A stretch of DNA of 63,861 nt, the filler included, from Choristocarpus tenellus KU-1152 (taxonomy: Eukaryota > Protista > Phaeophyceae), in the NCBI GenBank assembly GCA_964200185.2. It is 10 parts of 10 records of this genome, joined end to end, with 100 filler letters (N's around TTAATTAATTAA, not from the genome) between each part and the next. Parts side by side here need not be neighbours in the genome. Positions count along the whole stretch, not along the records: positions 21,310 to 28,724 come from CAXNAD020006192.1; positions 28,825 to 34,216 come from CAXNAD020010939.1; positions 34,317 to 37,469 come from CAXNAD020021926.1; positions 37,570 to 40,501 come from CAXNAD020023564.1; positions 40,602 to 48,377 come from CAXNAD020005597.1; 5 more parts are not named here. One strand, 5' to 3'. The notes under the pieces were generated by a model, which did not search any database, was not told where the DNA came from, and saw only the letters and a list, made by a program, of their open reading frames with translations. The position numbers were made by a program, and so were the translations under genes. Below, piece by piece: positions 28,201 through 43,559 of the stretch. Position 1 is the first letter of the stretch. Each line of letters begins with the position of its first letter.

Positions 28201-28534
28201 AGACACAGTGTTTAATGTAGCTGATAAGCACCCCTAATTAGGCTGGAAATAGATTAACTGCAAGATAATGCTGCCTCTTGAAGAGAAGAGTGTTTCCATT
28301 TTAGAGTGCTTGCTGAGCCCTTGTCTATGATTTTATTGACACACCTTCTGCTTCGATCGATCCTCCACAAGTTGAATCTTGACTGCTGGTGTTCTGTGCT
28401 GGCTTGAACAGATGCTGCAGGAGCCGCATGCGGATAACCCATTGGAGGCAGACATTGCAAAACAGCTAGCTGAGGACAGGAATGCCTTCAATCAGACTGC
28501 GAAAAAATGGACCCTAGACTTTGCCAGTCCGTGA
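22241..28534 (+). CDS. Ubiquitin-conjugating enzyme E2 (UBE2D/UBE2L3-like), 148 aa; exons 22241-22261, 24016-24111, 27132-27209, 27621-27749, 28412-28534
   Basis: MARRLQKEL...[58 protein letters not shown]...; HPN motif and catalytic Cys; all introns phase 0 GT-AG. Confidence 0.96.
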
Positions 28535-28900
28535 CAAGAGCCCTTTCAGAACCACTGTTGCCGAGTAGATTGGAAGGAGTGAGTGGCAGTTGATGGGGAG
28601 GGGAGGGGAGGGTCAAGGGGGGGGGGGCATGACTGCCTCCACCAATGTCAACCTAGGTTTGGGGTGTTTAATACTCTTCTACTGGTATGGTTAATGCCGC
28701 AAGGGAAGAGTTTGGGTTGGGATGNNNNNNNNNNNNNNNNNNNNNNNNNNNNNNNNNNNNNNNNNNNNTTAATTAATTAANNNNNNNNNNNNNNNNNNNN
28801 NNNNNNNNNNNNNNNNNNNNNNNNCCCCCCCAGATGCATTGGGTCTTTAATGCTGGTAGTATATATTGCTTCAAAGAACAACATTTTCTTTTATTGCCAG

Positions 28901-31900
28901 GACACAACTATACTACCTGGTGACCAAGGTTGACAAGACCCTGATCATCCTCTCCACTTGCGTCCAGAACGTTTCTTGTCACAGTCGTAACCCTACTCTC
29001 AGGTCCGAACCTTTGCCACAAAAGCAAGCACTAATCTTCTCCTACCTTGACTGCAGCATGTCTTTTTTCTTGAATTCTTCTCATAGATCCTACTCTTTGC
29101 AACATGTCAAGGCATTGATGGTGCTTGACCTTAGCTTGGCAACAGCCACTGGAAGTATCAATGTTTTTCCTTGGGTCATCACCTTGGCCCATTTCTACCC
29201 CAACCTGCATATATATATATATATATATATGCATGCCTTCGTCAGGTGAATGTTTCCTCAATGGCTGTCGTGAAGGACCTCCAGTCGGCCATGCACTACC
29301 CGGTGGCAAACACAGAGCTCATTCAGGCGAGAAGTGGGAACTTGTACCCCACAGAAATACTATTGATAACGATAGATGTGCTGATAGGGAGGGGGAAATG
29401 CACTGTCAGAATGGTCAGTGGAATACTAAGTGCGTTTGACCGTGTATAACCAACCCAGTCATGTTCTTCTGATGACATGACTTAGCGTTAAAGGCTGCCG
29501 GAGACAATCACTTGTTAACTAGCCCAGTACTGTACTCAGTATCATTTGTACCGTCCTTGGGGACACTCCACACACAACCAGAACACACCCTTCGCAAGGA
29601 CTCACTGTGGAGACTCAACATGCGCTCATGATGTTACTACTATTAAGGTGTGCGTGAGAGTATTAATCAAGCACCAGGGTGCACACAAGCAGTACTCCAG
29701 TGCATGTATATCACCCACCTTATCGCTTGGGTCAGGATGAGGCTCAGATTCAGGGTCAGGGGACAGGGTCAGGGGACAGGGTCAGGGGACAGGGTCAGGG
29801 TCAGGTTCAGGGTTAGGGTTGGCTCAAAGTATTGGGGAGGGAGGTGGCTGCTGTCCATTTGGGATCAATTTTTTCATGTCGCAATTTTTGGTTGATTTGG
29901 TTACATACGTCAGATGGATAATGTAAGTGCACTTTTCTTGTTATGGCCAAATGGACACCCTGGTGTAGACCCCCCTCCCTCCCAGATACTTTGGGTTGTT
30001 AGGGTCAGGGTCAGGGTCAGGGTCAGGGTCAGGGTCAGGGTCAGGGTCGGGGTCAGGGTTAGAGTTAGGTCAGGGCTATTCTACTGGTGCAAGTATTGCT
30101 CTTTGTATCTCATGTCGCCTCCCCTTCTACCTCGGCATGATTGTGCAGGGCATCGTCATGAAGTATCGCTTCATGCTGGCAAATCTCATTGAGGCCAAAA
30201 ACGGAACAGGAGACAGGGGTTCCGGGGCAGGGGCAGACAACGGCTTCGGGGATCAACGCATGCGTATCCTGGAGGGTCAGCTGCTGCAGGCCCGCATAGA
30301 GGGCAACGAGCACAAGGAAGACACGGCAAAGGCGAGCATGCGCAGCAGGTCTTTCTCTAGGAAAGCTATAGTTTTTGGTTTGCTGAGGTTTGTGTATTCC
30401 ATTTTTTTTTTAATCCTTGCTGTGACTTGTGAGAAAACGCAGGAGTTGTAGTCCTCACACAGGCGTGTACTATGTACGAAGGAGGGTGGTGTATGGGCGA
30501 GCTAAATTGTTAAAAGGTGACTGATTGGGCTGAAGGTGTCCGTCCCATCGCTTACATAAGACACATGTTACGCACACACATTGTTGTGGTGTACCAAAAA
30601 AATAAAAATGGCAATCTTGGTTCGCTTCAAAATCCGAACTGAAACTGAACCAAAGCTATTCGCCTGGGGTTATGCTCAGGTTGTGTTGAGGCTCTAGGCA
30701 AAAGTAAACGAGAGGTGCCCAGGGTTAGGGCACATTATTTCGAGGATGCTGATAAATATGCAAAAAGAAATCAGCTTCTTGTACAAAATGCAGGCGTATG
30801 TATGTATGTATAGATAGTTTTTGTGAATTTTCAAACGACAGAAAATTCCAACTTTATCGAGTCAATCTCTTAGCACTGCATTCAACCTAAGAAACTTAGG
30901 GTCAGGGGTGAATTACAAAATATGAAAAAATGAACAATGAATGTGACTAAAAAAATGTGGTGAAAATACAAAACGGTCAGAAACTGGGTATCTCCCCTCT
31001 CATTTCCTTTAGCTCTTTCTCATGCTGTTGCATAGTGTCTCCTGCAATGGCACGAGAAGGTCTTTTTGGCTTTCTACAGGGTGGAAACATAGATACTTCT
31101 GGTGATTCGGTGAGACGTTTTTTTTTGTAAAAGGAGCCAAAGAACCTTAGAGGGTAGAGTCGCGTCCATTTGGGGTTAAAAATCCGGTGTTGCGATTTGA
31201 CATAATTTTGGCTATCGTGTTTGTTGGGAAGTGTCAAAATCTATGTTTCAGACAAACATTTTCATAATGTATACATTTTACCTACTCCAAAACATTTCAG
31301 AGTAGGAAAATGACATAAAAAAAACCATGGGAAGCCAAGCCCCCAATGGACAAACAGGGCAAAACTCGTACCCTAACCCTAAGATACTTTCACTCGAAGG
31401 CCAGACAAGGACAACTGGGCCGCCATGGAACAACAACTCTGCTGTAGTGGTGGTGATTGGGCATTGCAGAGTAAGTTTCCATGTAAACCCCACTTGGAAA
31501 CACATCCTGGGTTTCGTTTTGATTCTCTCTGATACTTTCCAGTGCCTGCCTGCTGGAAGAAATACGTAAACCCAATTTTTTTTTTCTTCTAATTATCCAA
31601 TAAAGAGTAGAGCCGCGTCCTTTTGGGGGCTCAAATCCAATGTTGTGATTTCGATGTAATTTTGTCTATCATGTTTGTTAGGAAGTGTCAATATCCTTGT
31701 TCCAGACACACCGTTTCATAAGGTATACCTTTTTCCTACTCCGACTCATCCCGGAGTAGAAAAATGCCATAAGAAGCCCGTGGGAAGCCAAGCCCCAAAT
31801 GGTCAAACAGGGCAAAACTCACGCCTTCTAAGATAATTTCACTAAAATGTTCAGTTCCCAACAATGCCGTAGTGTGATGAACGACTTTCACCCCTCGTCA

Positions 31901-32877
31901 TTGTACTCACTCTCAGAATTAGGGTTAGGGTTAGATTTAGTTGCAAATGCAGTAGCTCATTTGTGTGCAATTTCGTGGTGTAGGGCCATTCCGTACTCTG
32001 TTCTTGATTATTTAACCACCTAGAGGACTCAAAGTACCTAGGGGGGGGGGGGGGGGGCTACACTATGTGTCCATTCGGCCCCTGACCGGGAAAAGGGCAC
32101 TTNNNNNNNNNTTTTGGGGTGAGGGGGCATTCCCTACTTTGTTTGTAGTGTAATACCCCCCAGGAGGGACCCAAACGGCTGGGGGGGGGGGGGGGGGAGC
32201 TACACTATGTGTCCATTCGGGCCCTGACCAGGAAAAGTGCACTTATGTTATCCATCCGACTCATGCAACGAAATCACCCAAAAATCGCGACATGGAAAAA
32301 ATGGATCCCAAACGAACATACACAACCCTCTTCCTGATACTTTAAGCCAGCAAGATGATATTATTGATAGTGATGAAGGGGTCATTTTGGATCCATAGCA
32401 TTGGGCGAGTGGGGGGTAATTGAAGCTCTGGACCTCAATGCCCCCCATCCTTCTCCACACCACCATCGATCCTCATCTCCCGCAAGCATCTCTCTTGGTA
32501 TGCTTGATGAATGACGCAATCGAGTCTTAATTTGAAATACTCCTATGTGGAGTGAAAATGTCTTAAGAGGATACGAGTTTTGCCCTGTTTGTCCAATTGG
32601 GGCTTTTGGCTTCCCATGGGTTTTTTTAATGACATTTTCCTACTCCGAAATGTTTCGAAGTAGTAGGTAAAAATGTATACGTTATGAAAAAATCGCACAG
32701 TGGATTTTGGTCCCCAAACAGATGCGACTCTACCCCTATAAGATGCTTTGACTTGTGCAATAGCAGCACATTTCGATTGTCACGTCTCTCTCTCCCCCCT
32801 TCTCAGGTGTACAAGATGTTGGAGCTCTTCAAGGGGAAATACGTCAAACTGGTGGAGGACAAGGCCAATCAATCAAG
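28901..32877 (+). CDS. Internal exons of a coiled-coil protein, possibly kinesin-like (~28901-, 29246-29326, 30149-30331, 32807-32877)
   Basis: In-frame join ...DLQSAMHYPVANTELIQ|GIVMKYRFMLANL...RMRILEGQLLQARIE...EDTAK|VYKMLELFKGKYVKLVEDKANQS; needs two GC donors; family identity tentative. Confidence 0.6.
29745..30075 (+). repeat. Telomere-like (TCAGGG/TTAGGG)n array interrupted by a MITE-A copy
   Basis: agggtc hexamer runs with some ttaggg units on both sides of 29821-29997. Confidence 0.85.
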
Positions 32878-33022
32878 GTGAAGCCGGGTGAAAAAATACT
32901 TGACTTACTCCTGAACCAAAACTATCCCCTGATTCTTGACAACTCGGCATTCTAAAACATTTAATAGGGATAGAAGGTACCTCCAATACTGTATATATAT
33001 GACCCTCTGCAGCTCTCAAACA

Positions 33023-33316
33023 ATAGCGATATCACTTGGTCAACACAATGGCAACGGCCTTTCCATCTGTGCATGTTTGGAAAAGAGTAGAACTTGTGTG
33101 AAATACTCCAGGGTAACAATAGTAGCAACAATATAAAAAGTTCCTTTTGGTAAAATATACCCAAAAAAACACAGGCAGAGAGATCCCCAAATGTTGGGGT
33201 TTCTCATTAGTTGCTACTATTGTTACCCTGGAGTATTTCACACAAGTTCTACTCTTTTCCAAACATGCACAGATGGAAAGGCCGTTGCCATTGTGTTGAC
33301 CAAGTGACATCGCTAT
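33023..33316. repeat. Long inverted repeat (foldback): perfect 98-bp arms 33032-33129 and 33210-33307, ~80-nt loop
   Basis: Arms are exact reverse complements and extend 8 bp further after one mismatch. Confidence 0.95.
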
Positions 33317-34771
33317 AGATTCTGTTGCAGCTCTTTGACAAATACTTTGTCGACCGATACACTTAGTGCAGTAACAGAGATTAAACAAGTCTTGCCTCAA
33401 AATTACTAAAATTACTGTGCATCCTTTCTATTTTGGCGTTCATCGCTCAAATGAGCTCTTTATTCTGGCCTCAGCATATGGGCCAACTCTTCCTTGGTTT
33501 GTTAATTTCAAAACTTTGGTCTTCAACCCCAACATGAGGTTGCCACACAGATAAGGATGCCTGCTAATTTGCTGCGGGCTGCATTAAGGAAAAGAAGAAA
33601 ACAAGTAAGGTCACCTACTGTTTGATTACAGCAATGTGCCCCAACTCTAGTGATGGTACTAAGACAAGTACAAGTCTAAAGTATTTGCGCAGAGCTTTTC
33701 CCTAACCCTTCATGCTTGAGGTTGGTTCGTGCGTGATACCAGGTGAGTTGATTCATTCTTCTGTATGGTGCAAAAGAGAACGCACACAGAGTGGAAGTAT
33801 CTTAGAAGGTACGAGTTTTTCCCTGTTTGTCCATTTGGGGCTTGGCTTCCTGTGAGTTTTTCTATGACATTTTTTCACTCCAAAATGTTTCGGAGTTGGT
33901 CAAACGTATACGTTATGAACAGGTGTGTCCGGAACAAGGATACTGACACTTCCTAACAAACACGGTAGCCAAAATTACATCAAAATCGCAACATTGGATT
34001 CTGGCCCCCAACAAAAGATACTTTGGCTTACACACACAGACGAATGAGTGAAAGTATCTTAGAGGGTACGAGTTTTGCCCTGTTTGTCCATTTGAGGCTT
34101 GGCTTCCCTCGGGGTTTTTATGACATTTTCCTACTTCAAAATTTTGAGGAGTAGGTAAAATTTCTACGTTCTGAAAAGGTATGTCCAGAGCAAGGTTAAT
34201 GACACTTCCTAACAAANNNNNNNNNNNNNNNNNNNNNNNNNNNNNNNNNNNNNNNNNNNNTTAATTAATTAANNNNNNNNNNNNNNNNNNNNNNNNNNNN
34301 NNNNNNNNNNNNNNNNCCTCCCCGCCGCCCTTCCGATCCCCCCGAAGCTGCTACGGATGGCCCAGGGCGATCCCCCCCCCCCCCCCCCCCCCTTCCCCCC
34401 GAGTAAAGTGGGATCGACTCCCTCAAAATAAAAAACTACTACGCTGGTAATAAACCTCAACAACAGCACAATACTCCTCACCCCGAATGCCGACGCATAC
34501 CTCAACTTCAACTTCAACTCACCAACAACACGCACGTCCCATCAGCTCGTCCAAGAAAGGACACAAACCAGCAGGACACCCTCAACTATCCTACACATCA
34601 CCCTATTCACAAAAAAGACACCACGCCACTCTCTCGCCTGACATGACAAAGACCCTCACTAACACATACAAACACAATAAACAAAAAACTTTACTTTTCT
34701 CGACTGTCCACATCCCCCACCTGCCCTCCCTGCCCAACCCCACCACCACTACAAGTACCCCTTGTTCTCAC

Positions 34772-37434
<2,663 letters not shown>

Positions 37435-39683
37435 CTGTTACGCCAGAATGGTCACCGAGAGCCCCCCAGNNNNNNNNNNNNNNNNNNNNNNNNNNNNNNN
37501 NNNNNNNNNNNNNTTAATTAATTAANNNNNNNNNNNNNNNNNNNNNNNNNNNNNNNNNNNNNNNNNNNNCCATGATTCCTCATCGCTAGTAGTCTACGCA
37601 TTTTGCCTACATGTGCGATGCATTCGATTCAGGTTTCAACATAGTCCCCCGCAAAATGCCTAGTGGGTCGACTTGAGTTTAGGATTATTGGGCAGGAAGT
37701 CAGGCACAGCAGGGACTCATTTTCTCACCTCCATTACACGATATCAAAGAGCACACAGGGTCAAAGTAAATGAGAGGTACCCAGAGAGTTGCATTTGAAG
37801 AAAGATGACAAACTTGTGAAAAATCTGGGTTTATTTACCAGCGCATATTGCAACTTTTCTTAATTTTGCGGAAAATCTTAATATAGAGAAATCAACAGTC
37901 CCAAGTTGAACATAGCATGTCAAACATTAGATATACATACATTCATACAGACTTCCTTTCCATGTGATGGACCATTGAGCATTGTTTGTGGTGAGGGCAC
38001 ATATTACTACTACAGCCCTCACAGGATAAGCAATTTGAGTTGTTGCATCCTAGAGGGGGGTTATTTAGGCCATTTCAAGTGCAAGGACATATAAGATCTT
38101 CTGTCTGACACCCCCATTCCCATGACCTGAAACACAGCTAACCCCTGTCTGAAAGTTGTTGCTGAAAACGAGAAAACCAATGTCTACGCAAGCACTAAAA
38201 ATCATCCTCCAGAGAGAGTGCTAGGAGCACATGTAACAGGAAGCAGTCACAGAGGCCTACATATCTGAACTGCACACATCTAGGACTATATTTTACTTCT
38301 GTAACACTACTTTGAAGTACATGTTAACACTTTCGTGACACTATGTTAACACATAGTGAAAATATTATGTAAACTACTGTTTTTCATTATATTTGTTATG
38401 TACGAGTTGTGTTAGGACACTACATAGTATTGAATGTGTTTCGAGCTGGAGTGTTTCCAGGCACAAAAAAGGTGTGTAGACATTTTCATCATGATGAGTG
38501 CAATGGACAAAACGCAATTTTGCCCTTTCAATAATGTAGCACACGTTGTGTCGAACATAAACATTATTGCTATTAAATTATTGTTAGGGTCTAATACCTA
38601 CTATTAAAAAATCAATGAAAAACACAATATTTTGTGTTAGAACCTAAGATCTTGACATAGCCTTACTGTATTACAACGTATCACCTTGTCTGAAGACATC
38701 ACATTGACATCATATTTGTGTCATAAACAGCATTGTTTAAAGAATGAAAACAGATCTCAAGATAGTCAGTCCACGTGGAGTTACGACCTAACATGTGTTA
38801 CGAAATAAAAATATAATATTATATTATTTTACCCTCTAACATTGTGCAGATGTGTCATGGAAAAAAGTCAAATCAGTATCACAAAGACCCCTGTAGAAGT
38901 AACAGTTTTCGTAAATGTAAAAGATAACTAAAAAAAAAAAAAATGTCATAATAATGATGGGTGTACCTACATGGTTGAGGGCTATCCATACGAGATTCAG
39001 AACATAAACAGAAGGAGACACGATAGAACCTCTCAACTTGCCATCACACACATCAAGGTCAGCACTATAGAACAACTGAAAAAAAAAAGGAACCTCAGCC
39101 AAAAAAACCCGATGAGACTTCTGCTTTACTTAAAAGTATGTTGATAAGCAGTGCAATATTTTCTACTCCCTTTTAGTGAGTTGTAGTTGTACATGGTTTG
39201 GACACACAGTGCCTACAGCACCTTCATGCTTGACCGTTGACCATGGAATCTTTGGTACTACCAATTGCCCCTTAGCTCTTCTGGTTATCTCTTATGAGTG
39301 GATAGGTTGCCTAGTACTCAAGAGAGATGGCAGCAAAACTCCTGCGTGTAGTACCTTCAGTAGGATCGAAACCACTGGTGAGGTAAACTTAGTATGATCC
39401 GGGGTCAATTGAGAAAAGGATGTGAGACATGCAAAGCACCAGGAGATAACCAAGGAGAGAGAAGAATCACATCCCAAGTGTCTGCAAGTTCACAGATTGA
39501 CGTTATGTCATCAAATTGGGCAGCCTTGTTTGAAAACTATGATATTGGACACTGTGGTATGGCATACACCAAATAGTTGTATATATATATGTACAGGTCA
39601 TGCCCCATTGGCCTACTAGGGATTTTTCTTCTATTTCACAGAGACAACACGAAATGGTTCCTCAGCCTTGGAGTGATAGGGTT

Positions 39684-40368
39684 TTACGCACAATCAATTC
39701 GTTTAATTTCCACCACCCCTCCTTTAAGATTCTCATTTTTCCACACTGATGTATTTCCAATAGTGGCATTCTCACCAGGTCCTGGTGATAAACCCCCGAA
39801 AATCCCTGGAAGTTCTATTGTAGTAGCACTTTTCAAACACACTTTGTGGCATAAAAAAATAGGCGTACTCTTAAAAACTTCCACTACACACATGTAAAAA
39901 AAGTAGTAGTAGTAGTAGTAGTAGTAATAGTAGTAGTAGTAGTAAACAACAGAGGTCTGTAGGGATCTTATCCTACCGTCCACTGACAAACACATCAACA
40001 CAATAAAAACGACTACCGCCTATATGCCCCTCAGCCCTAGGAACCACCCCATCGGGTTTTTCCACCCCGGTGTCACTTCCCCCTGCTGCTCTTCTGCCCT
40101 GCGCCACCTCTCCCTTCCTGGTAATGAAAAACAATTGTGCCCCTACAACTAGGGCTGAGATGACAAGTGCAAGAACCGTCTCCACCGGGGTATGGAAGAA
40201 CAGTGTTGTGTCATACAGTGTCCACAGTGAATATACGATAATAACCATTGCCACACCACGGGCGGTGAGCTGGAACAGCACAGCTGAGAAACTTTTATTC
40301 GCGAGCTCTGCTGCATACACCTCAAACACCTTATTGCAGCACGGTTTCACACAATTGGAAGGACACAA
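39684..40368 (-). CDS. Possible 3' exons of an unknown membrane protein
   Basis: Open frame with two hydrophobic stretches (GVAMVIIVYSLWTLY; VLALVISALVVGAQLFFI); no family recognised, splicing unresolved. Confidence 0.3.
39902..39943. repeat. (TAG)n microsatellite
   Basis: Read directly from the sequence. Confidence 0.95.
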
Positions 40369-41014
40369 CCACTGTACTTTGAGTGTCTAAACATACGCAT
40401 AAACACATATATATGTGTGCGTGGGGGGGGGGGGGGGGTTTCCAAACAAATAGAGGGGGGAAGAGGGGAAAAAAAAAAAAAAACAAAAACAAAAATACAA
40501 ANNNNNNNNNNNNNNNNNNNNNNNNNNNNNNNNNNNNNNNNNNNNTTAATTAATTAANNNNNNNNNNNNNNNNNNNNNNNNNNNNNNNNNNNNNNNNNNN
40601 NATCTCCCCATGGGGTTTTTTTTTTTTTTCCCTGGGAAGTTGGACATTGTGTGGGGAGGAGGGGGGGGGGGCAGGGCACATTGCAACTGTTTTTTGCAAC
40701 AATAGCAGAGACGAAATAATCAGGCGATGCTTCACACACAACAATAGGGCTGGTATCGCAATGCATGTTTTTTCGCCACACTATCCTTGACTTTTGTTTG
40801 AAAGAAGCAGAACGGCATGCTGGCAATGTACTCGTGGTATGTAACAACGGGTGTATTTCAAACATGGGAGTACCTGCTATTGTAACACGCGCTTGAAATG
40901 ATGGCATGTGGGGAGGGGCAGAGAGACATTACTGTACAGCTGTACCAAAATCGAGAGCACCCCTGCAAGGAAAACAAAAGTGCAGCATGGTGTACCACAG
41001 TTTTTGGGTCTCAC

Positions 41015-42942
41015 CAGGAGAAAAACCAGGTCAGTCTTTGCTGCTGCCATTGCCACATTACGAAGGGCGTTCATCGGGTATAATCCGTCATGCTTAGCTG
41101 GTCCAGCCGCCAGTTGACACAGGGAAACATCAAGACGGCACGCTGCTAGCGCTTCCAAGCGCTGGTGGACCATTCGGATTGCACACTGCTCGTGGCGACT
41201 GAACCCTCCAACACCATCTGAAATGAGAGCGGCGGAGACTACGCCTGTCCACCGAGAGCACATGCGCTCCAGTCGGTCAAGACGGGAAAATGAGCACTGT
41301 GTGACGATGGTGATGTCGGCGTTATCTCGTCTCAGATCACTCACCAGCCTGCCTCACCCGTGGGAGACAAAATGAAAACAAAGAGGATCGTATCACGAAC
41401 GGATGCGATATGTGTGGACAGCAAAACACACATGTCGCGAACACTAATTAATGTGTCAGGTGTTGGATATGGATTTCCTCACCTCCCCACAACCTGGACA
41501 GGTTTCGGTTGGTACTTGAACCAAAGCAAGTGCATGCTGGCCATGAGCGAGCGCTGTAGATGCTGGGGCAGGGCAGTCGTCCCGGTTGCAACACTGCACA
41601 GTCTATCAGCACCTTTAGCACCCCAGTGGCCTAGACTACAAGGAAGACGTCCCTGTCCCCAACTCCATGTCGTACACCAATCCCTCAACCTGCAATAGTC
41701 TCTACTGTGAGGGTCCTTGTTAATAATATCCACAAGTATCTCGCGCTTTGCAAGAGCGTAGAGGTCAAGGATATCGGCAAGGCGAGTAGATCCATCTTTG
41801 AAGGTATGGAGCCGTGAATTGGATGGTGAATGAGGATAGTGCACCAGGTAGAGATGAGGATGGACAGAGAAATTGAAACCTAGTGCTTGCAGAAGGAAGA
41901 AGAAAATGACCTGTCATTGAGTAAAGAAGTGTGGGACGAGTGGATTCGGTAGAGGATATGGACACGCAAAGGTTCAGATTTACCATTATCGTAAAATTGA
42001 GAGAAGAGGGGCTTGGACATGGCCAAGTTAGTTCAGGCAGAGCCCACAACATTAGGGCCACTGAAGGAGTTACTGGAATGTTGTATACAGTACCTTGTTG
42101 CGACCGTAGCCCTCGAAGCGCTCGTCAAAGGGAGGCACCAGGCCCCGGTGCATGATAACAAAGGGCTCGAAACCTTCTTCATAGGAAACCTCATAGGAGG
42201 CCTCCACGTATTTCCACCTTTCAAACATTGTTGCCCGATGCCCCTGCTCCCATACCCTACTCCCGAACGGGATGATCCGTTCTCGAAAGCATTCACGAAT
42301 CAGATCCTGCTTGGTCTCCAGAGACTCTGCGATCCAATCCAAACCGTCGAAACGCCCTTCCACTTGAGATATTTGACAATCTCCCAATCGTCCCTCGTGA
42401 TGATTGTCCGTATTGGCGAATGGCAAGGCTTCGAATGCAGGGAGAACAATACAGGTTAGTTCACCAGCACACGCCTCTAACAACCCAGCACAAACGCCAG
42501 GTGTACGAGCAATTTCTCCCAACCTTTTACAGGGTAAAAAGTCGACATCACAGATGAGCACTAGATCTGTTTTTGCCAAGCTCAGGGCTTCGTTTCTAAG
42601 CTTATTGATTGGGTACCAAATTTTCGAGTTCGTTGCCCGACCGGGGGAAAATATGCTTGCTTGAAGAATGAGATTGGATCCATGTAGTTCGTGGAGAGAG
42701 GTCATAACCTTTGCTATCTTCCCTGCTTTAGTTTTCCCTCCGTACGAAATAAACACCGCTGCACACACTGTTAGGATTAATGCATGCGTGTTTGCTTTGA
42801 CGTTCAGGGAATCGAGTAGTCGCGCCAGCTGAGGCAAACGGTCATCTGATAGGTGGGTGACAATAGAAATCGGACTAAGCTGTGAAGCGTTCACATGACC
42901 CTTCGGCTCGATAACCATGGCAAAGCATCGCCGAAGCGCCAT
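41015..42942 (-). CDS. Glycosyltransferase with two tandem GT49 (LARGE/B4GAT1-like) domains; exons 42942-42094, 41910-41483, 41348-41015; 3'-truncated
   Basis: Domain 1: ISIVTHLSDDRL..YPINKLRNEAL..DVDFLP..VLPAFE..GHRAT..FEPFV..FDERFEGYGRNK..HYPH. Domain 2: DITIVTQCSFSRL..WTGVVSAA..LYPMNALRNVA..TDLVFLL. Introns phase-consistent. Confidence 0.88.
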
Positions 42943-43559
42943 TCCACATGTCAGTGGATCACGTAGCCGCTACACCATGCCGCCTTGTTGTGCCCTGGTA
43001 GTTCTTGCGTCTCAACCGAAAGCAGAGGTCATTACTGCTAGTCCTCCTTCCCCTCAGATTTTTGTGTTAAGTAACCCATACAATTTTACACGACAATATT
43101 GTAGAATTCAAATTTATTCAATTTTAAGTATAGGATTTAATTGTTTGGATATTAAATTGTGGTGATGATCAGACATGACTCTATGTTCATGAATATCTAG
43201 TTTTGGCTCTAGCCATGAGGTATGGAGATCATGGGGAGAAGATGATGGGAAGCATCGTGGATTTTCAGCAGGTGATGCATCAACACCTGGGAAACTTCGT
43301 CAGGTATATTTTTTTTCCAAACGAGTAAGAATGGGGGGAAGAGCTGCTCGTGATCGACGAGCTGTCAGACATGGCACGAGAAGCAAAACAAAACAAGCAG
43401 GGAGAGCATCAAAGCAGGGCGAGGAAGGAACAAAAAGCTCGACTGAGAGAAAAGAATGCCCCGAACGTCATGCAATGCAGAAGAACTGACAGCCGCCTAC
43501 TCAGGAATCCTGAATAAGGAAGTCACAACAGTCATCTCCCTTTGTGATTGATAGGAAAG

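Noticed and set aside
29996-30148. GSGSGS and VRVRVR ORFs
   Set aside because: Translations of the intronic hexamer repeat
15231-34216. Recurring repeats as a CRISPR-like array
   Set aside because: They are dispersed 180-260 bp TIR elements in a eukaryotic genome, with no repeat-spacer periodicity or cas genes
42978-43303. Possible divergent gene start (two small exons) opposite the GT49 gene
   Set aside because: Phases can be made to fit, but there is no recognisable protein and no downstream exons
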